Shown piece by piece: positions 14,472 through 33,293 of a DNA stretch of 64,000 nt; position 1 is the first letter of the stretch, and every line of letters begins with the position of its first letter. A program made the translations under genes and the position numbers. This DNA comes from Eledone cirrhosa. Taxonomy: Eukaryota. Where the stretch lies: the NCBI GenBank assembly GCA_964016885.1, contig OZ024743.1, positions 120,094,001 to 120,158,000 of the forward strand, written 5' to 3'. The notes below the pieces were generated by a model that saw only the letters and a list, made by a program, of their open reading frames with translations, ran no database searches and was not told where the DNA came from.

Positions 14472-16018
14472 TCTATATATATATATAAAACAGAAGATGT
14501 CTGTCTGTCTGTGTGTGTGTGTCTGTCTGTGTGTGTGTGTCTGTCTGTGTAAATCCCTAGAACTCGAGAAGTACCCGACCGATTTTTTTTCAAACTTTAC
14601 ACATGCGTTACTTATATTTTTTGAAGTGTAATGGGCTAAAAACAATTTTAACTTTTTCTGCATTACGCGAAAAACCGCATTTTTTAGGCATTTTTAGGGT
14701 TTTTGAGGCGTAACTTAAAGATAATCCACCCGATTTCCTCGAAATTTGCAGCACACATTGGTTAGTCCCCTCGTATTACTTTGGATAAAAAGAAATTCCG
14801 ATTCCATTAATGGTTTCTAGGAAATTTACGAATTAGCTTTGGGCATTATATGCCATTTTCATTTTCAATATAAACGCTACTTAAAGATCGTCAGTAGCGT
14901 ATAATATTTCGTTAAAAATTTGGTTTATTTAACAGAGGTCACAACACTTACTTACTTTTAAGCAGGACCATTTTCGGGGGATTGGGGAAATGAGGAGGAC
15001 CTTAAAATTTTTGTCGGTGCCTTGTTGACGCTTCGTGATTTTATCAAGCGCAAATCCGGGCCCTGTGTACATTGCCGTGTTATTGACACCGTAAAACTCA
15101 CGTCCGTGTCTACTTCTACTAAGACCCTTTTGTTGCACCTGCACCGCAGTATGAACACCTTGCGCAAGTACGCCGAACAGCGGTTGTGATCATTCCGCGG
15201 TGACCCCTTTTGTCGCACCTTTGTTGCTGTGTAAACGCAGTGCAACCAGTGCCGCCCAGCGTTTCTGCTAATTGCACTATGGCCCCCTTTTTCTGCAGCT
15301 GCGTTGCCATGCTGATTTCGTAATCTCAATATCCCTACTTAAACGTACATCTCTACTTGGTTTTCACACAATTGACTACGTCGCTCCTTCAGACTGACGT
15401 GTGTTCCCCATCCGTGACGTAATTCGTGAACAGACTTACGACATACATCGCCCCACAACACTTACTTATTCCTTTCGCTTACAGGATTTCCGCAATCAGC
15501 CCACTGACACTGTTACTACTGGTATCCCTGCTCGAGATCAATCCTCCACTCATTCCACAGAAAGTTGGTACGTACACTATAATTATTTTTTCACCAGTTT
15601 TAAGCAATTGCATTGACTACGACGCCTTTCAATAGCCTAGCACTTCATTTACGCCCACTTTTAGTTTTCGTGGCGTTGTATACGTTGTGGAGCATTAATT
15701 CTACCTACTTTGCCAGTAACAGTAGACGACTGGGTACGAATCTATAAAACTCGAAAAGTAACTAACCGATTTTCTCGAAATGGAAGAAAAATCATACTCT
15801 AAGATTTAGTACGCTTAAAGAGTATCCAGCTGATTTTCTTCAGATTTTGCACATACAAGCAGATGTGTCACGATTCGGGCCTGCTGGTGTTCTACGTTTC
15901 CAGTAGATGAACAATCATAAGGGAATTCAAAAGTACACAGCTACATTCCTCAATCTTTGCATATGCGTGTTGCTATTTCACGTTTCCTATCCCGTGCAAT
16001 GCCGGGTCCTGCTGCTAG
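14472..16018 (+). mobile_element. Non-autonomous Helitron (~1.55 kb)
   Basis: Starts TC with (TCTG)n. Ends with hairpin CCCG-tgcaatgc-CGGG (15991-16006) then CTAG|T. No Rep/Hel ORF recognised. Confidence 0.75.
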
Positions 16019-16099
16019 TATTATAATAATTGTTTCTACTTTTGGCACAAGGCCAGCAATTACACCAGTACATTACTGGTACTTTATTTTATTGTCATT

Positions 16100-16730
16100 C
16101 ATTGTTTTACCGGTTTGACCAATGTATTGTTCATGAAAACCTTTACATGTTATAATGTATATTAAAATGTCTGGGTTGCACAAGAACACATTTTTAAATT
16201 TGAAAATGGGATCTTCTTTGAAGTTGAATTCGTGGCCTTCTTATAACTCACAGTTATGTCGGTTTTATTTTTCACTCCAGGCTCTTTAATTCTGGTTTGC
16301 AGCTTTGCATTTGTTAGTATCTTTTTTAGTGACTTATGTTGAGGATTACTTAATATAATTGGGTAGTTTTGTAAGAGGCGTCTTATTTGTTTATCCTTTA
16401 GTTGGATATGTAGGTTTAGTTGCATGTGTGTAGATTTCTGCGTTATTTGGGTTAAAAGTTGAAATAAGTGATATTACCTTTTTCGTTTTGTTTCTCGGAG
16501 TAATTGGATATTAATTTGTCTTGCTTTTTTAATGTAATTATTGATTAGACTCTGATAGTATTTTCTCTTGGTGAGTATTGTTTCATCTCTTCTAGTCTGT
16601 GATCTCCCGTTGTTGGGATTGAGAATATTGTGCAAATCCGTTTAGCTATGTTAAGGGAAATATTGGTACGGGTATGTGTTGGATAAGTAGATGTAAAAAG
16701 GAAATATTGTCGGGAGTCGGTGAGTTTGAT
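16100..16730 (-). mobile_element. Degenerate PLE fragment (RT thumb/linker)
   Basis: Minus strand encodes FLFTSTYPTHTRTNISLNIAKRICTI and PQHKSLKKILTNAK, typical of PLE post-RT regions. Confidence 0.6.
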
Positions 16731-16731
16731 A

Positions 16732-16905
16732 TACGAGGTTTAATATACGCATCAAAGAGTGTCCGGACTAGTTATGTTTAAAAATAGTATATTTACCTAA
16801 TTTTTAACATCATCTCCTTCGAAGTAGTCACCTTGCACAGCAAAGCACCGGTCCCAGCGTTCCTGCCACTTTTAGAATCCAGCCTGGAAGCCGTTTTCTG
16901 TAACT
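16732..16905. mobile_element. Mariner-like terminal fragment
   Basis: Begins TACGAGG followed by a mariner-like subterminal sequence; no partner TIR seen. Confidence 0.4.
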
Positions 16906-17147
16906 TCCCGTTGATTTTGTATGAAGAGCTGAACAACCTATTCAGTTTAATCATTCAGTTTGAATGCTTATATCAATTATGACAATTTAGACGTCAAGGA
17001 TTTTCAAGTCCACAGATCGTGCAGGATGGGGGGGGGGGGTTTACTGGATAATGTTGCTGGTATATTTGATAATGCTTTTTTCTACTCCCTTTTGATTCTT
17101 GTAGCTTAAGGATACAAAGGAAGTCGAAGTTCCTGATCCCATTATGA

Positions 17148-17337
17148 CGGTGGATTGGCAGTATCGGTAGAGTATCGGACACCATGCTTTGCAGCAAAGA
17201 GTTACGGGCCTTTATGGTCTGAGTTCAAATCCCGCCAAGGTTAACTTTGCCTTTCATCCTTACGGGGTCGATAAAATAAAGTACCAGTAATACACTGTGA
17301 TAATTGCTGGCCTTCTGCCAAAAGTAGAAACAATTAT
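17148..17337 (+). mobile_element. tRNA-SINE (short variant)
   Basis: A-box, B-box, body and tail. Confidence 0.9.
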
Positions 17338-17590
17338 GACAGATTTCCGATTCTTCCGCTGCAGAGCCACTTGCTCCAATGTTTCATAAGATATATTGAT
17401 TGCTGAAAGATTACTCTTCAGTTTGTCTTTGTACCTGAGCCATGGCTCTCCAATATTTCTATATCCACCATCAAGCTGGCTGCACATCAGAACATTTGGT
17501 ATTTTTTTCACGTATTCTGATGACATGCCAGGAGATCAGTTTTAAGTATTTTGTCTTCGAGTATATACCCAGAGATTAGGAAAGACGTTT
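17338..17590 (-). mobile_element. RTE LINE C-terminal fragment
   Basis: IPNVLMCSQLDGG...PWLRYKDKLKSNL...ETLEQVALQR resembles the RTE ORF C-terminus. Confidence 0.6.
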
Positions 17591-17764
17591 AGTTGGTTGA
17601 TATGTGACCTATATGGGGTGTATATATATATATACATACATATATACATACGCATATATACATATATATGTGTGTGTGTGTATGTGTCTATATATGTATA
17701 AGTAGGTATGTATATATATATAGAATCATTACATGATATATATACATATATACAATACATATAC

Positions 17765-17811
<47 letters not shown>

Positions 17812-17892
17812 AGCAAAGTGATATTTAATTTGTTGGTAATTCAACATAAATATGGTTTTATAAATATAGTTTCCATTTATTAATATCATTGC

Positions 17893-17935
<43 letters not shown>

Positions 17936-18536
17936 TATTTTTCGTTCACCTTTTGTTGCATATTATTTTCTTAGTTTTTTAATGTTTTATCTTTTCTTTC
18001 AACCAGTTTTGATACGCACGATTGATTTTTGTTGGTTTTAGTGAAATACAACACAGAGATCGATAATCGAGTCGTTTCAATCATGTCTCCTTCCCATCTA
18101 ATTTCTGCCGTTCACTTCTCCTCCCATCTCCTGCACCACACACACAACACACACCTTGACATGCGCTCCCACCCTACCTACCTACCTACATACGCACAAC
18201 GTATTATTTACTTTGGCCGAAGAATTTCACCCGTTCTTGCAAAAACAGCTACAACAGTAGCTATGTTATAATACAGAAAGGATCTTCTCTGCTGTTAAAA
18301 TTATTGTCCATGCGTGACAATATTATACCTGTCACCATGAGGAATTACGTGAATTAGAAGGAATAAGAAAGATACATGAGCCCTATCCAATTGGCCATTT
18401 CGGCTGTTTAATAAGACATATATTGCTGGACCGGTCGTCATTTACTGTGTTGCCCTCTAACTAATTGACACTAGCCGGACGATGCACACACAAACACACA
18501 CGCGCACAGAAATATATATATGAAAAGGGATGAGTA

Positions 18537-18921
<385 letters not shown>

Positions 18922-18926
18922 ACACA

Positions 18927-19005
<79 letters not shown>

Positions 19006-19009
19006 ATAC

Positions 19010-21800
19010 TTTGGGAGCGTCATGTTTCCAATAAGAAACACACGCACCAGTTGCTTTCACTCCAATTTATTATAAATTAAATTATAAATTTAAAAATTTA
19101 TAAATTTCCGGTTGGTTGGTTGGTTGGTTGGTTGGTTCCACAACCGGACGGTTGTTGTTCATATATTTCAAAGTTCTTTCGTCACACATTCTGTGACCTC
19201 TTCAGTGACTGGGGATTCTTTTCTTTTTGTGCCTCTGCTTTGTTCTGTCCTACGCCATCTTGTTTTTGTGTGTGTTGTGTGCTTAGTTTGCGCAAGTGTT
19301 ACATCCGGGTATCCGTGTGTGTTTTTATTTGTTTATTTATTTGTTTATTTACATGTTACTAGTTGGTTGTTTGTTCTATGTGTGTGTTTTCATTTTGTCC
19401 TTAATTGTAAGTTGTGATGTTGCTATTCCATTCATGTTTTCTATTTAATTTTGGTTGGAGTTCATTTATGTTTATTGCTTCTGTGATTTGTCTAAACATT
19501 GCGTCTTTTCTGTGTGTAGATTTTATTTTTATTTCTATATTCTCTAATTTGCTCTTATGTTCTATTTTAGCATGTTGGTGGAGTACTGATGATTCTTTTC
19601 TATTTTTAAGCTCTCGCCAGTGTTCATTTAATCGTTCTCCTATAGCTGTCTCACCTATGTACACTATATTCTTATCTTTACATTGTCCTTCAGTACAACT
19701 TATGCTATATACTATGTTTCTAGTTTTGCAGTTAATATAGGGGATTAGTTTACAGATTATGCATTTCCTATCTATACAGGGAGGTCTTTGAAAAGGGTAT
19801 GTATTACTAATAAGTGTTTTTATGGAGGTATCTGGTCTTTCTACTATCTTAATATTTAGTTTAAGTTTATTTAGGGCCCTTCTAAATTTGTAAGCTAGTT
19901 CACCTCTAGGGGTTGTATTGATAAACATTACACTCTGGTATGTATTGCTTTCATACCATGAGTTTATTCTATTAACCTTATTCCTAGTTCTTTCTATTCT
20001 ATTCCAAAATTTGCTCCTATGCAAGGGGCAGGTCCCATTTGTATCATTATTTACCATTTTTTCCCATTTGGTTCTGGCTCCTCTATATACTCTGATTTTA
20101 TCACTGATTGTAACCAGAGAACTACATACGGTGGATGAAGTGCTGCGTGTCTCTCTAGTTCTTTGGGGTTGCACATGCGGGACACGTTTCTCATCACCCG
20201 CACTAAATCCGCAATCAGTATATTGATTTTGGTGTGATCCGAAACAGCTGAGTTTCGGTGGCTCAGATATTTGGAAGTCATGGGTTTGGCATAATGGGAA
20301 TGGAGGATTTGTTTTTTGTTATGAATGGTATCTAACCAGAGCTCTGTGTCTAGTACAGGTAATTGATGGTTGGGGTGTTTATAGTAACTCTAATACTCTG
20401 GTGGGTGGAGTTAGCTATTTGCTGGATGCTTTCCATGGTGTTTTTCTCTAATTCCTGACTGTTCTCTAGTGGGGGTGTTTTTACTACGATGTTTATATCA
20501 TCAACGTAGCGAGAGTACATTATCAGGGTTAAGAGATTGCTGTCTTCTAATTTTTCTTTAAGTTTATTGTCCCACCATACCATGAATAGGTTAGCTATGT
20601 CACCTGCAATGCTAACACCAATGGCTGCTCCCTCCTCTTGGGCATATGTTTTTCCATTAAATTTAAACATATGTTCCTTAAGGGTAATTTTTATACTGGC
20701 CCCCACCGCATGTGCAATCATTTTCTTTAGTTCATCATGGTTTTCGGGGGTCCGTATGGCTCTGGTCCACCCGGTCCATCTTTCTGTGTGGGTTTTATTG
20801 GCCATTGAGGTAATGGTAGGTGGTCTGCCTCTTGCTGGCCTTGTAGGGCAGAGGTTGCGCCATTGAGGTAATGGTAGGTGGTCTGCCTCTTGCTGGCCTT
20901 GTGGGGCAGAGGTTGCTAAGGTCATACGTATCTAGATAATCATTACTATAAGTAAGTTTAAGTAGGAGTCCCAGCTCACTGGTATCAATCCCACAGAATT
21001 CAACATTGCTCTCACTGATCATTTCTACGCATTTCTCCACATCAAAATCCACGTCAATGGATGAGTATAGGGACACTACATCCATACTACCTATTATACA
21101 GTCTGTTAGGTCCCTAGATCGGTTATTTTCGCTGGTTCTGTTGAGGAGGTCCTCCGTGCTGTCATATATATCCGGGGACATTTAATTGATGGGGCGTACG
21201 ATCAGGGAGAGGAAGTAGGAAAGTCTGTAGTTACTAGCAATGTTAGCTCCACAGACTGGCCGTGCTGGTGGTCTGGTGACTGGGTCACTGTTCGTCTTAT
21301 GGTCTTTTCGAAGCCCATACAACGCTGGCACGTCATCGTTCGAGGCCTGGAAGTTGTTGGCAGTCCGTTTATTGGGCTGCATTATGTTTGTCCACATCAT
21401 CTCCCTATCCTCATGCTCTTGTGGTGTTACTTCTCTTGTATTAGTGATGTGGGGTTGCATTGCCTGGATGTAGTTTGACAGACTGTCAACCGACATTCTG
21501 CCAGATTTGTCTATTGGAAAGCATGCAATCTCTCCATTTGCAGATTTTTCTCCCTGTTGCTCGGCCTCGATTCTATTTTACTTCTTGCTATACTGTTCTA
21601 TAATATAAAGTTTAGATCTAGCTATATTAAATTGTGCTTCTGTTTGTTCATCGACCTGCGACAGCAATTGCGTGAGTTTGTTAAAAGCTAAAGTCGTGGC
21701 GTGGACTCGTCGTAAGTCGAAGGACATATCGGAAGGGTTATAAAAAGTAGAATTCCAGTCTGCTGTGTTGTGTGTTCTATTGCTATTGTTAGTTGTGTTG
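19010..21800 (-). mobile_element. Penelope-like retroelement, decayed (RT + GIY-YIG)
   Basis: RT motifs LYGLRKDHK, MDVVSLY, GAAIG and RYVDD across ORFs 20350-21496. GIY-YIG motifs IVYSISC...YIGET...EAININ...PKLN in ORF 19401-20174. Frameshifts and a short internal tandem duplication at ~20800-20915. Confidence 0.9.
19168..19208 (-). ncRNA. Minimal type I hammerhead motif in the 3' pseudo-LTR of the PLE (family C)
   Basis: Reverse complement TCA-CTGAAGA-G-GTCAC agaatgt GTGAC-GAAAG aa CTT-TGA, ~190 nt downstream of the GIY-YIG stop on the same strand. Confidence 0.6.
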
Positions 21801-22344
21801 TTGTTTCTATTTCTATTTCTATTTCCAGTGGCGTGAATAGGATTATCGACAGCTAGAAATAGCAGCCGAATTCATGCCACTGGGATGATACTGTGCGATG
21901 TGTGTATTTTTTTTTAAATGCAACACGTGGTTCGAGTCATTCACAGATTTGCATTTGCTTTGTAAACGCAGATAGTTGGATCTTCTCCTTTGGTGACCAT
22001 CCAGGATTTGACTACTGTGATTTACTGATTAATTGGTGAAATATATTTGTTTATTTAAAGAAATATATACAAAGGTGATTAATCATTTTAAAAGGTATCT
22101 ATATTTGAAGTTCTAGTTAAACTTTAATTGGTTACCTACCTAGCTATGTGTGCTTACATACTTTACAAATTATTCCCTGTGATTGTTTCATGTGTTTATT
22201 TTATATATATATATATGTGTGTCAATCTATTTCTCGTTGATATAACATGCTCGGATCTATTCATTGGAATCTTTGAGCTTATTCTGCAGTGGACATGGTG
22301 CAAGTCTCTCAGACATGACAACCCTTAATTTAATTTAATTTTTG

Positions 22345-23086
<742 letters not shown>

Positions 23087-23610
23087 ATGGGTGTATTAAT
23101 AAAACATCGTAATTAACAAACATATCTAGCCAATCCAGAAGATATATTTTTATAAAAATATGACTTTTAAAAAAGCAGCAATAACAACAACCTAACTATA
23201 TTTCAATAAAAAAAGGAAAAAAACTCCATCTTTCGGGTAAAGATAATTGATAAGAAAAGAAACAGTAGTGGCTGTTTGTCTAACATGAGAGTTTTAATTA
23301 CTATAAACTATTAATAAACACACACTGAAAATAAACGGCTAGATCGTATCTCGTGTGAAAACGAAGCTTAAAATCTCTCGCAAACCTACTTCACAATAAC
23401 CGCCAATTTAATGTAATCGGCGAAAAGGGAGACACAATTTTACGTTTTACAGCTCAACTTAATTTAATACACAAAGACCAAACTTCTGAAAGATCTAAAG
23501 CAAAAAATAAACAAGGAAATCTTCTTAATGGGCTGCTGATACCAAGATATGAACGGAGGGAGACGATGAGATTATTAAACTGATCTCTGCCAGGTCAGAT
23601 GTCTTGTGTA

Positions 23611-23670
<60 letters not shown>

Positions 23671-24179
23671 GGTCAGGTATAAACGAATAAAAGCAACAAT
23701 CAACACAATGTGGAAGTTGGGAGTAATTATATCACCAGTATAGTTTATATGGAGCATTATGATATATGCGATTAAAAATCTTTGGAAATGGCAAATACAA
23801 TGCGAACATAAAATATGTTGGTGGAACTAGTGCAGTATATCGTAATAAGGTCAAAACAGAACAATAGTTTTTACTTCATACTTCTTAATATTTTGTGGTT
23901 AGAACTTCTTTATCGAATGAGGAGAAAATCGGAGAATCTTGTTTTTACGAGCTGTCCTTTATTGTTTTACTGAGTAGTAGTTGAAGTCCGAAATTGGAAC
24001 ATGCTCTAGACCAGCGGCGTGCAACAGGTGGCTCGCGGTGATGATTTTTAATGTTTACCTTGTAGGCTTATTTAGAATTTTTTTCGTAACCGTAATACAA
24101 TATTCTGTTAGTTGACCTATACTAAAGGGCTTCACTGATAGAGTTATGTGTGTTATAATTTCCCAGTTCCATGTTAGGG

Positions 24180-24450
24180 AAAGAAGTTGCGATGAATCTT
24201 TGGAATAGTGCTTTAGTCGAAGTAACCAGTCAATCCTTTATAAGTGTTGCCTCCAAATCTGTTATTAATATTAGGTTTATATCTGTTGTTAAGAATGGCC
24301 TCTTTGATTCGTAAATTTCCACCTTTCCGTAGCTTCTATGGTGACCACAATATCTCGGTCGTGGCACTTTGTATCACATATTAAGGCATTACCTATGGTT
24401 TCATAGACGTAAACAATTCGCCTCCTTCGGATGCTTCTGACTTATTTGAA
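24180..24450 (-). mobile_element. PLE GIY-YIG C-terminal remnant
   Basis: Minus strand encodes NLRIKEAILNNRYKPNIN, matching the GIY-YIG end motif E-A-I...P-x-I/L-N. Confidence 0.45.
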
Positions 24451-24654
24451 GTGTGTAGTTATCTGTTCATCTGTTTCCTTGTCTATTTATTTATTATACG
24501 ATGCATATCTATATGCACACACACACACACACACACACACACGCGAGCGCGCGCGCGTGTATTTATGCATATAAGATATACAATTGAGTATGCATGTGTG
24601 AATATAATCTTCATCTTCTTGCTCTTGCTCGATGAGACTGGGGTCATCCTAGAT

Positions 24655-24825
24655 CAATGATGTCCCTTGGACATCATCGGTGGTGTGTAGAGAGGAAACT
24701 GGTATGGATGGGCGACTACTTGTCTTCCACAAACAACTTTGCCTGGACTTGTGCCTCGGAGGGAAACTTTCTGGGTGCAAATCACATGGTCATTCATGAC
24801 CGAAGGGGGTTTTTACCATTTACCC
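24655..24825 (+). mobile_element. Dispersed repeat (SINE-like third family); second copy ~44500-44670
   Basis: CCCTTGGACATCATCGGTGGTG...TGTGCCTCGGAGGG...GGTGCAAATC occurs at both loci. Confidence 0.7.
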
Positions 24826-25222
24826 AATTGTACAGAACCATATGTTAAAATTTGAACAATGAATAAATTTCTCCTTCTGACCACCTCTTCCTGCCTAGTT
24901 CTTCCTGTTTTTTATGGTACCCTATTTATAATGTTCTCCTTAGAAAGTGTACCATAACTTTTTTAACTAGATACCTGTGATACACAGTACAAGGAACACG
25001 CCGAGTAAAAATATTTAGTAAGCAGTCCTCCATATATATTTTGTTCATTCGCCTTAAACATAATTGGTTTGATCTACACAAACAAAATTTAAATCTTCTC
25101 GTATTTATACATATATATATATATATATATATAGTAATAATAAATGCGAATTCTAAAATCCAAAGAGGGCTCGATAAGGATAAATATATATCAAATATAT
25201 AAGAACTCTAGAGCCAGATCAA

Positions 25223-25273
25223 AGTTTAAGCAAAGAATCGGTGCTTTCACCCTTAACGGGATCTTCTGAAACT
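25223..25273 (-). ncRNA. Type I hammerhead motif, U4A variant (family B, copy 2)
   Basis: Same fold as 96-146, with one loop II change and one stem III change. Confidence 0.6.
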
Positions 25274-25436
25274 AAAAATAATCAATCTGTGAACGCAGAA
25301 GTAAATATTTCGAAAGACGTTGCAACCGAAGGAAAACGGGAAGACGATATTTTGGTTCGTGAAACGTTCCCTGGCAATGTTAGTGAAAAAAGCGAAGATA
25401 ATATAACATATATATATAGAGAGGGAGAGAGAGAGG

Positions 25437-25467
<31 letters not shown>

Positions 25468-25604
25468 GGAGAGAGAGAGAGAGAGAGAGAGAGAATTGTT
25501 TCTACTTTAGGCACAAGGCCAGCAATTACCCAGTGCATTACTGGTACTTTATTTTATCGACCCCGTAAGGATGAAAGGCAAAGTCAAAGTCAAAGTCAAA
25601 GATA

Positions 25605-25650
<46 letters not shown>

Positions 25651-25815
25651 GTGTGTGTGTGTGTGTGTAGGAGGTGAGTTTTATTGTAGTACAATAAAGC
25701 AATGCAGATATCGGATAAGTAGCACTCTACAGTTTGTAGGACTGGAGTATAAATAATATATAAGATCAAAAGATGGTTAAAAGAGTACATGGAACTCTTT
25801 TAACCATCTTTTGAT

Positions 25816-29273
<3,458 letters not shown>

Positions 29274-32200
29274 ATACACAAGAATCAAAGCTATTTTAGA
29301 ATATTTAACCGCTGACAATTGTTTCTTCCAAGCCTAGGCTTGGTGTCTTCGGAACATTATTAATAATGTTTTTACATATAATCAGCCTTCTATTCTGCTG
29401 AAGTGTCATACAGATACATATTGTGGACAACAGTGTGTGATGGGTAAGATTCAAAATTACAATTAAAAGCTTTTGGTGGAGCATGTGACAGATAATACAA
29501 GAGCGTCTAGTACATAAATAAAATTAAAGAGACAATACGTGCGTTAGTCATACATAAAGCAATTGAACAGGCAAAAGTATCAAGTATATATGAATGCTGG
29601 GTGTTGCATGAAAAATACAAGCACATAAAGCAGGTGTGTTAATATATTATGGTGGTTGCAATGCTGAGATATTTTCAGTGTAGATCGAATATGTGTGTGT
29701 GTAGAATAAGAAAGTTCCAGGTTTCACATCCATTACATATGTCACGGTGTACTTGTGTTGAGTGTTTGTTCTAGTAACGGCTTGTAATATAAAGTAACTT
29801 AGTTTTATTTAGTCCGTACCGTATACTATATTTGTATAGCTGGGAGAATTTTCTACTGTTTAATACTCGGAAGTGGGAATGGAAGTAAGAGGAGCTAATG
29901 CGTAAGGGGAGGTAACTAGCTCATTATGATAATAATTAAACTCATTGTTCTAAGGAACTTTATATAGTGTTATAATTGAGGGCCTAATATAGAAACTATA
30001 TATTTATATTTTATTTAATTTAATTTAAACCCAGTCTACTCTCTCCTAATACATTAAGGTATTTCCTATCAAGTATTATAAAGTGCCATAATTGAGTTTC
30101 CCATACAAACTGTTATATATTTATATTATTTAATCTTGGATACAGTCTACCCTCCCAAAATATATCAGAGGTTTTGCTAGATTGCTGTCTACCTAGTATA
30201 TGGTAAGCTATGTAATACCGTATAGCTGTTTGCATGGTAAAGTAGATATATCTCTAGAGTAAATAAACACATCCCTTATATACAATGTTATTAATGTTAA
30301 TCCATACATTTGATTATAGATGTATACATAATTCATTGTTCCATATTGCATTTAATTTAGATAAATCCCTTATGTTACTACATTAATCCTATATATACAA
30401 TGATATTAATGTTTACATTTAATTGAAAATGTATATATAATTCATTGTTACGTTTAATATTTCAAGTTTATCCAACTTATATTTCCATCACTATATAATT
30501 ATAAGTAATCTAATTTTATTATATTAAGGGTATAGAGTTATAGGTCGGCTGAATTGTGTAGAGGAAAGGGTGGATCAAAGAGTGTGGTGCAGAGGTGCAA
30601 TGCAAGCCCTAAAGGTGAAGTGCTAAGGGAGGTGCTGGGTTCAAAACTGACATTGCTATATACTAGGTTTAAAGCTTTGGAAAGAGTGTCGGAAACGGTG
30701 CTGGTACGATGCAAACACTTCCGATTTTTTATTAAGGAGGTTAAGATTCAAAAATATTATAGTATGGGTCTCTAGAAGACAGAGGTTACAAAATTTATTA
30801 GGTGGTTTATACGATGCTGCCCTACCTACTAGTTCCCATTGAAGTGTATATGATCTATTCTTAGTTTTCAGATAGTGTATGTAGCTAGATAGTGAGGTGG
30901 AGTTGGCTAGATTGTGCTTTCTGAAAGAGTGAAGGTGTGAGTTGTATCTTGTCTTGAAGCAGTTCGAAGTGGAGCCTATATAGGTTTTAAAAGAGTTGAT
31001 AGTGTTGACATTGCATGAGTAAATTGATGTCCTTGATTAAGCAGTTGTTACCTAAAGGGCAGGTTCTATTAGATCTACAGTTACATTTATTTTGGGTTAT
31101 ATCTCGTCGGTTATTATGCTGTGTAGAAGTCTCGTTGCTAGGTATTGCATTAGGGCTATGATGGTTGTCGGTCCCAATGTTATTGATTTCAATATTGTTA
31201 CTACTATTATTACTATTGCTATTAGGGTTAGTAGTTATTATGTTGTTTCGAAAGTTTCCCTATTGTTGTGTTTTAATTTGATGGAGATAAGTATTAATTT
31301 TTCTTTTATTGCTACTAGCTATATGGTATGCTATGTTAGGTGTGGTAGAGTAGGAGATTTTAATGGTGTTTTTATTTAAAAGCCTATGGTACTTGTGGCC
31401 CGACGGGAAGTTTCTTTCTAGGATTGAGAAGAAGGCCCTAGGTAAGTTGGTAGAGACGTTAAGTTTGAAAGGGGGTTGAAAAAAGTATTAGTTCTTCTTC
31501 TATTTGTTTTTTATATCTATTGAGGTATTTCTGTTTATAATATTTTGGTGTCTACTATGGTGCGAGTTGGGCTTGTTATTACACTTCATATTAGAGTAGG
31601 GGTAGTTATTATTCTTACTACTGCTATTCCTCATTGCCATATTGTGAGAAATATTGTTTGAACTATGTGATTTTCTAGGTAGGAACTCAATCTCATTACT
31701 ATGGCCTGATTTAGCTAATGCCTGATTGTAGTACTGTGAATTATTGCTAAATATGGTTTAGTTATGAGATAGATTAGAGATTCTGTTAGAAATACCTTTA
31801 GTGATAGTGTTTAAAATGGATCTAGGGTGGTTCGACTTGGTGTCTACATAAATCAGTTTTTCGTTAGGTTTATGGTAGGGTGTATATACTTTAGAGTCGA
31901 CATAAAGGGTAGCATCAAGGAAGTTTTTTAGTGTTTTTGTCTATGGTGATAGTTAAGTTATAGTTTTTGAAGGTTTTATGTAACAGTTTCCTGGTTCTTT
32001 CTATATTAAATTTGTTATAGTCTATAAGTAGTAGTGCATCATCGCGGTATAAACCACCGTTGAGGTATGGTAGGTCCTTATGGATTTCATTTAGTAAATA
32101 TAGGCCCACCAAATCAGTGACCTGCACCGAGTCACTAGACCCCATAGTTATGTCAAAGTTGTTATGCGTATCCTTGCGGGTCCATAACTTATGCTCAAAT

Positions 32201-33293
32201 GTAATTATGGTTTTACGGGCCGCAAGTATGATATCAATTTGGGATCTAGTCAGGTCACTGTTGTTCGTGGCCATAATGAGTGCCTTATTTAATAGGATTG
32301 GGGAAATAGAGGTGTAGTATGAATTGATATCAAACTGAATGAATTTTTTATTTTTGTTCTCTTTAATTTCTCTAAACCATTCAATAACTTCACCCGTATT
32401 TCCCCCACTGTTTAAGGAATACTTTGTGCTTAATCTGCGGGATGATTTTATCTAAAATGTTCTTACTGTTAATGCCAATGTCAGATTTGGAAGGGCATAT
32501 TAGTCTTATCGAAGGGTTACTAAAGAAATCTTCCTTATGGTCCTTCAGAGAGAATCTTGGGGTTAGGGGTGTATGGCTGAGTATGCCTCTGAAGTCCCAG
32601 TTTAGACACTATACTATGGCCCTCCGAATAAATATCTTCTAGGTTTTTAGTAGTAGTCTTCTTATAGCTCCTGTGTAGCTCTTTATATATAAATTTTCTA
32701 TATGTATAATAATCTAGCCTATATATATTATTAGTTTTATCTGCATATATAATTTTATTATTTGTATTCAATCCTTTAATGGTGGAATTAAGTTTTCTTA
32801 AGAAGGTGTTGTTTCTATTACAATGGTTTGTGTATTTAATGTTATTAACTAGTTTTATTAGGTCATTTTCAAACGAGTTTAATAGTGTGTTGTGAGGAGG
32901 GCTTCTAAAAGTTTTAAAGCCGAAGGACTCAAACTTGTTAGTATCGTCGGTTTTCTTAGATCTGTTTTTATCATAATGGAATGTCCTCCATCTCACTCTA
33001 TTGATAAAGGAGTTGACACTATTGATCAGTAATTTTTCGTATGTATCTCTGGATGGTATTGGTATGTTCTTAGCAGACATAGGGAGGTAGTCTTTGATCA
33101 GCGTACTGTTAATTTAATGTATGTTAGCTCAACAGAATGGAGCTGTCAATAATAATAAGTATACTATTTATAGTTATGTATATACTATATACAACTATAA
33201 ACAGGTAAGGACAGTAATTTATTACTACCTTATTACCAGTAAGATAAATAGCTCAATGTAAGAACATCATTTGTTATACAGAGCAGTAATATA
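29274..33293 (-). mobile_element. PLE array unit 2 (most complete, ~4.0 kb, frameshifted)
   Basis: Retains the GIY-YIG region (YIG at ~30975-30983), linker, RT and N-terminus. Confidence 0.92.
29311..29356 (-). ncRNA. Family A hammerhead (stem I with G-U substitutions)
   Basis: Same core and stems II/III as 25952-25998. Confidence 0.7.

Noticed and set aside
29420-29718. ~290-bp segment missing from unit 1, as a possible spliced-out intron
   Set aside because: The junction does not give GT-AG boundaries on the element strand; a 2-bp microhomology deletion fits better.
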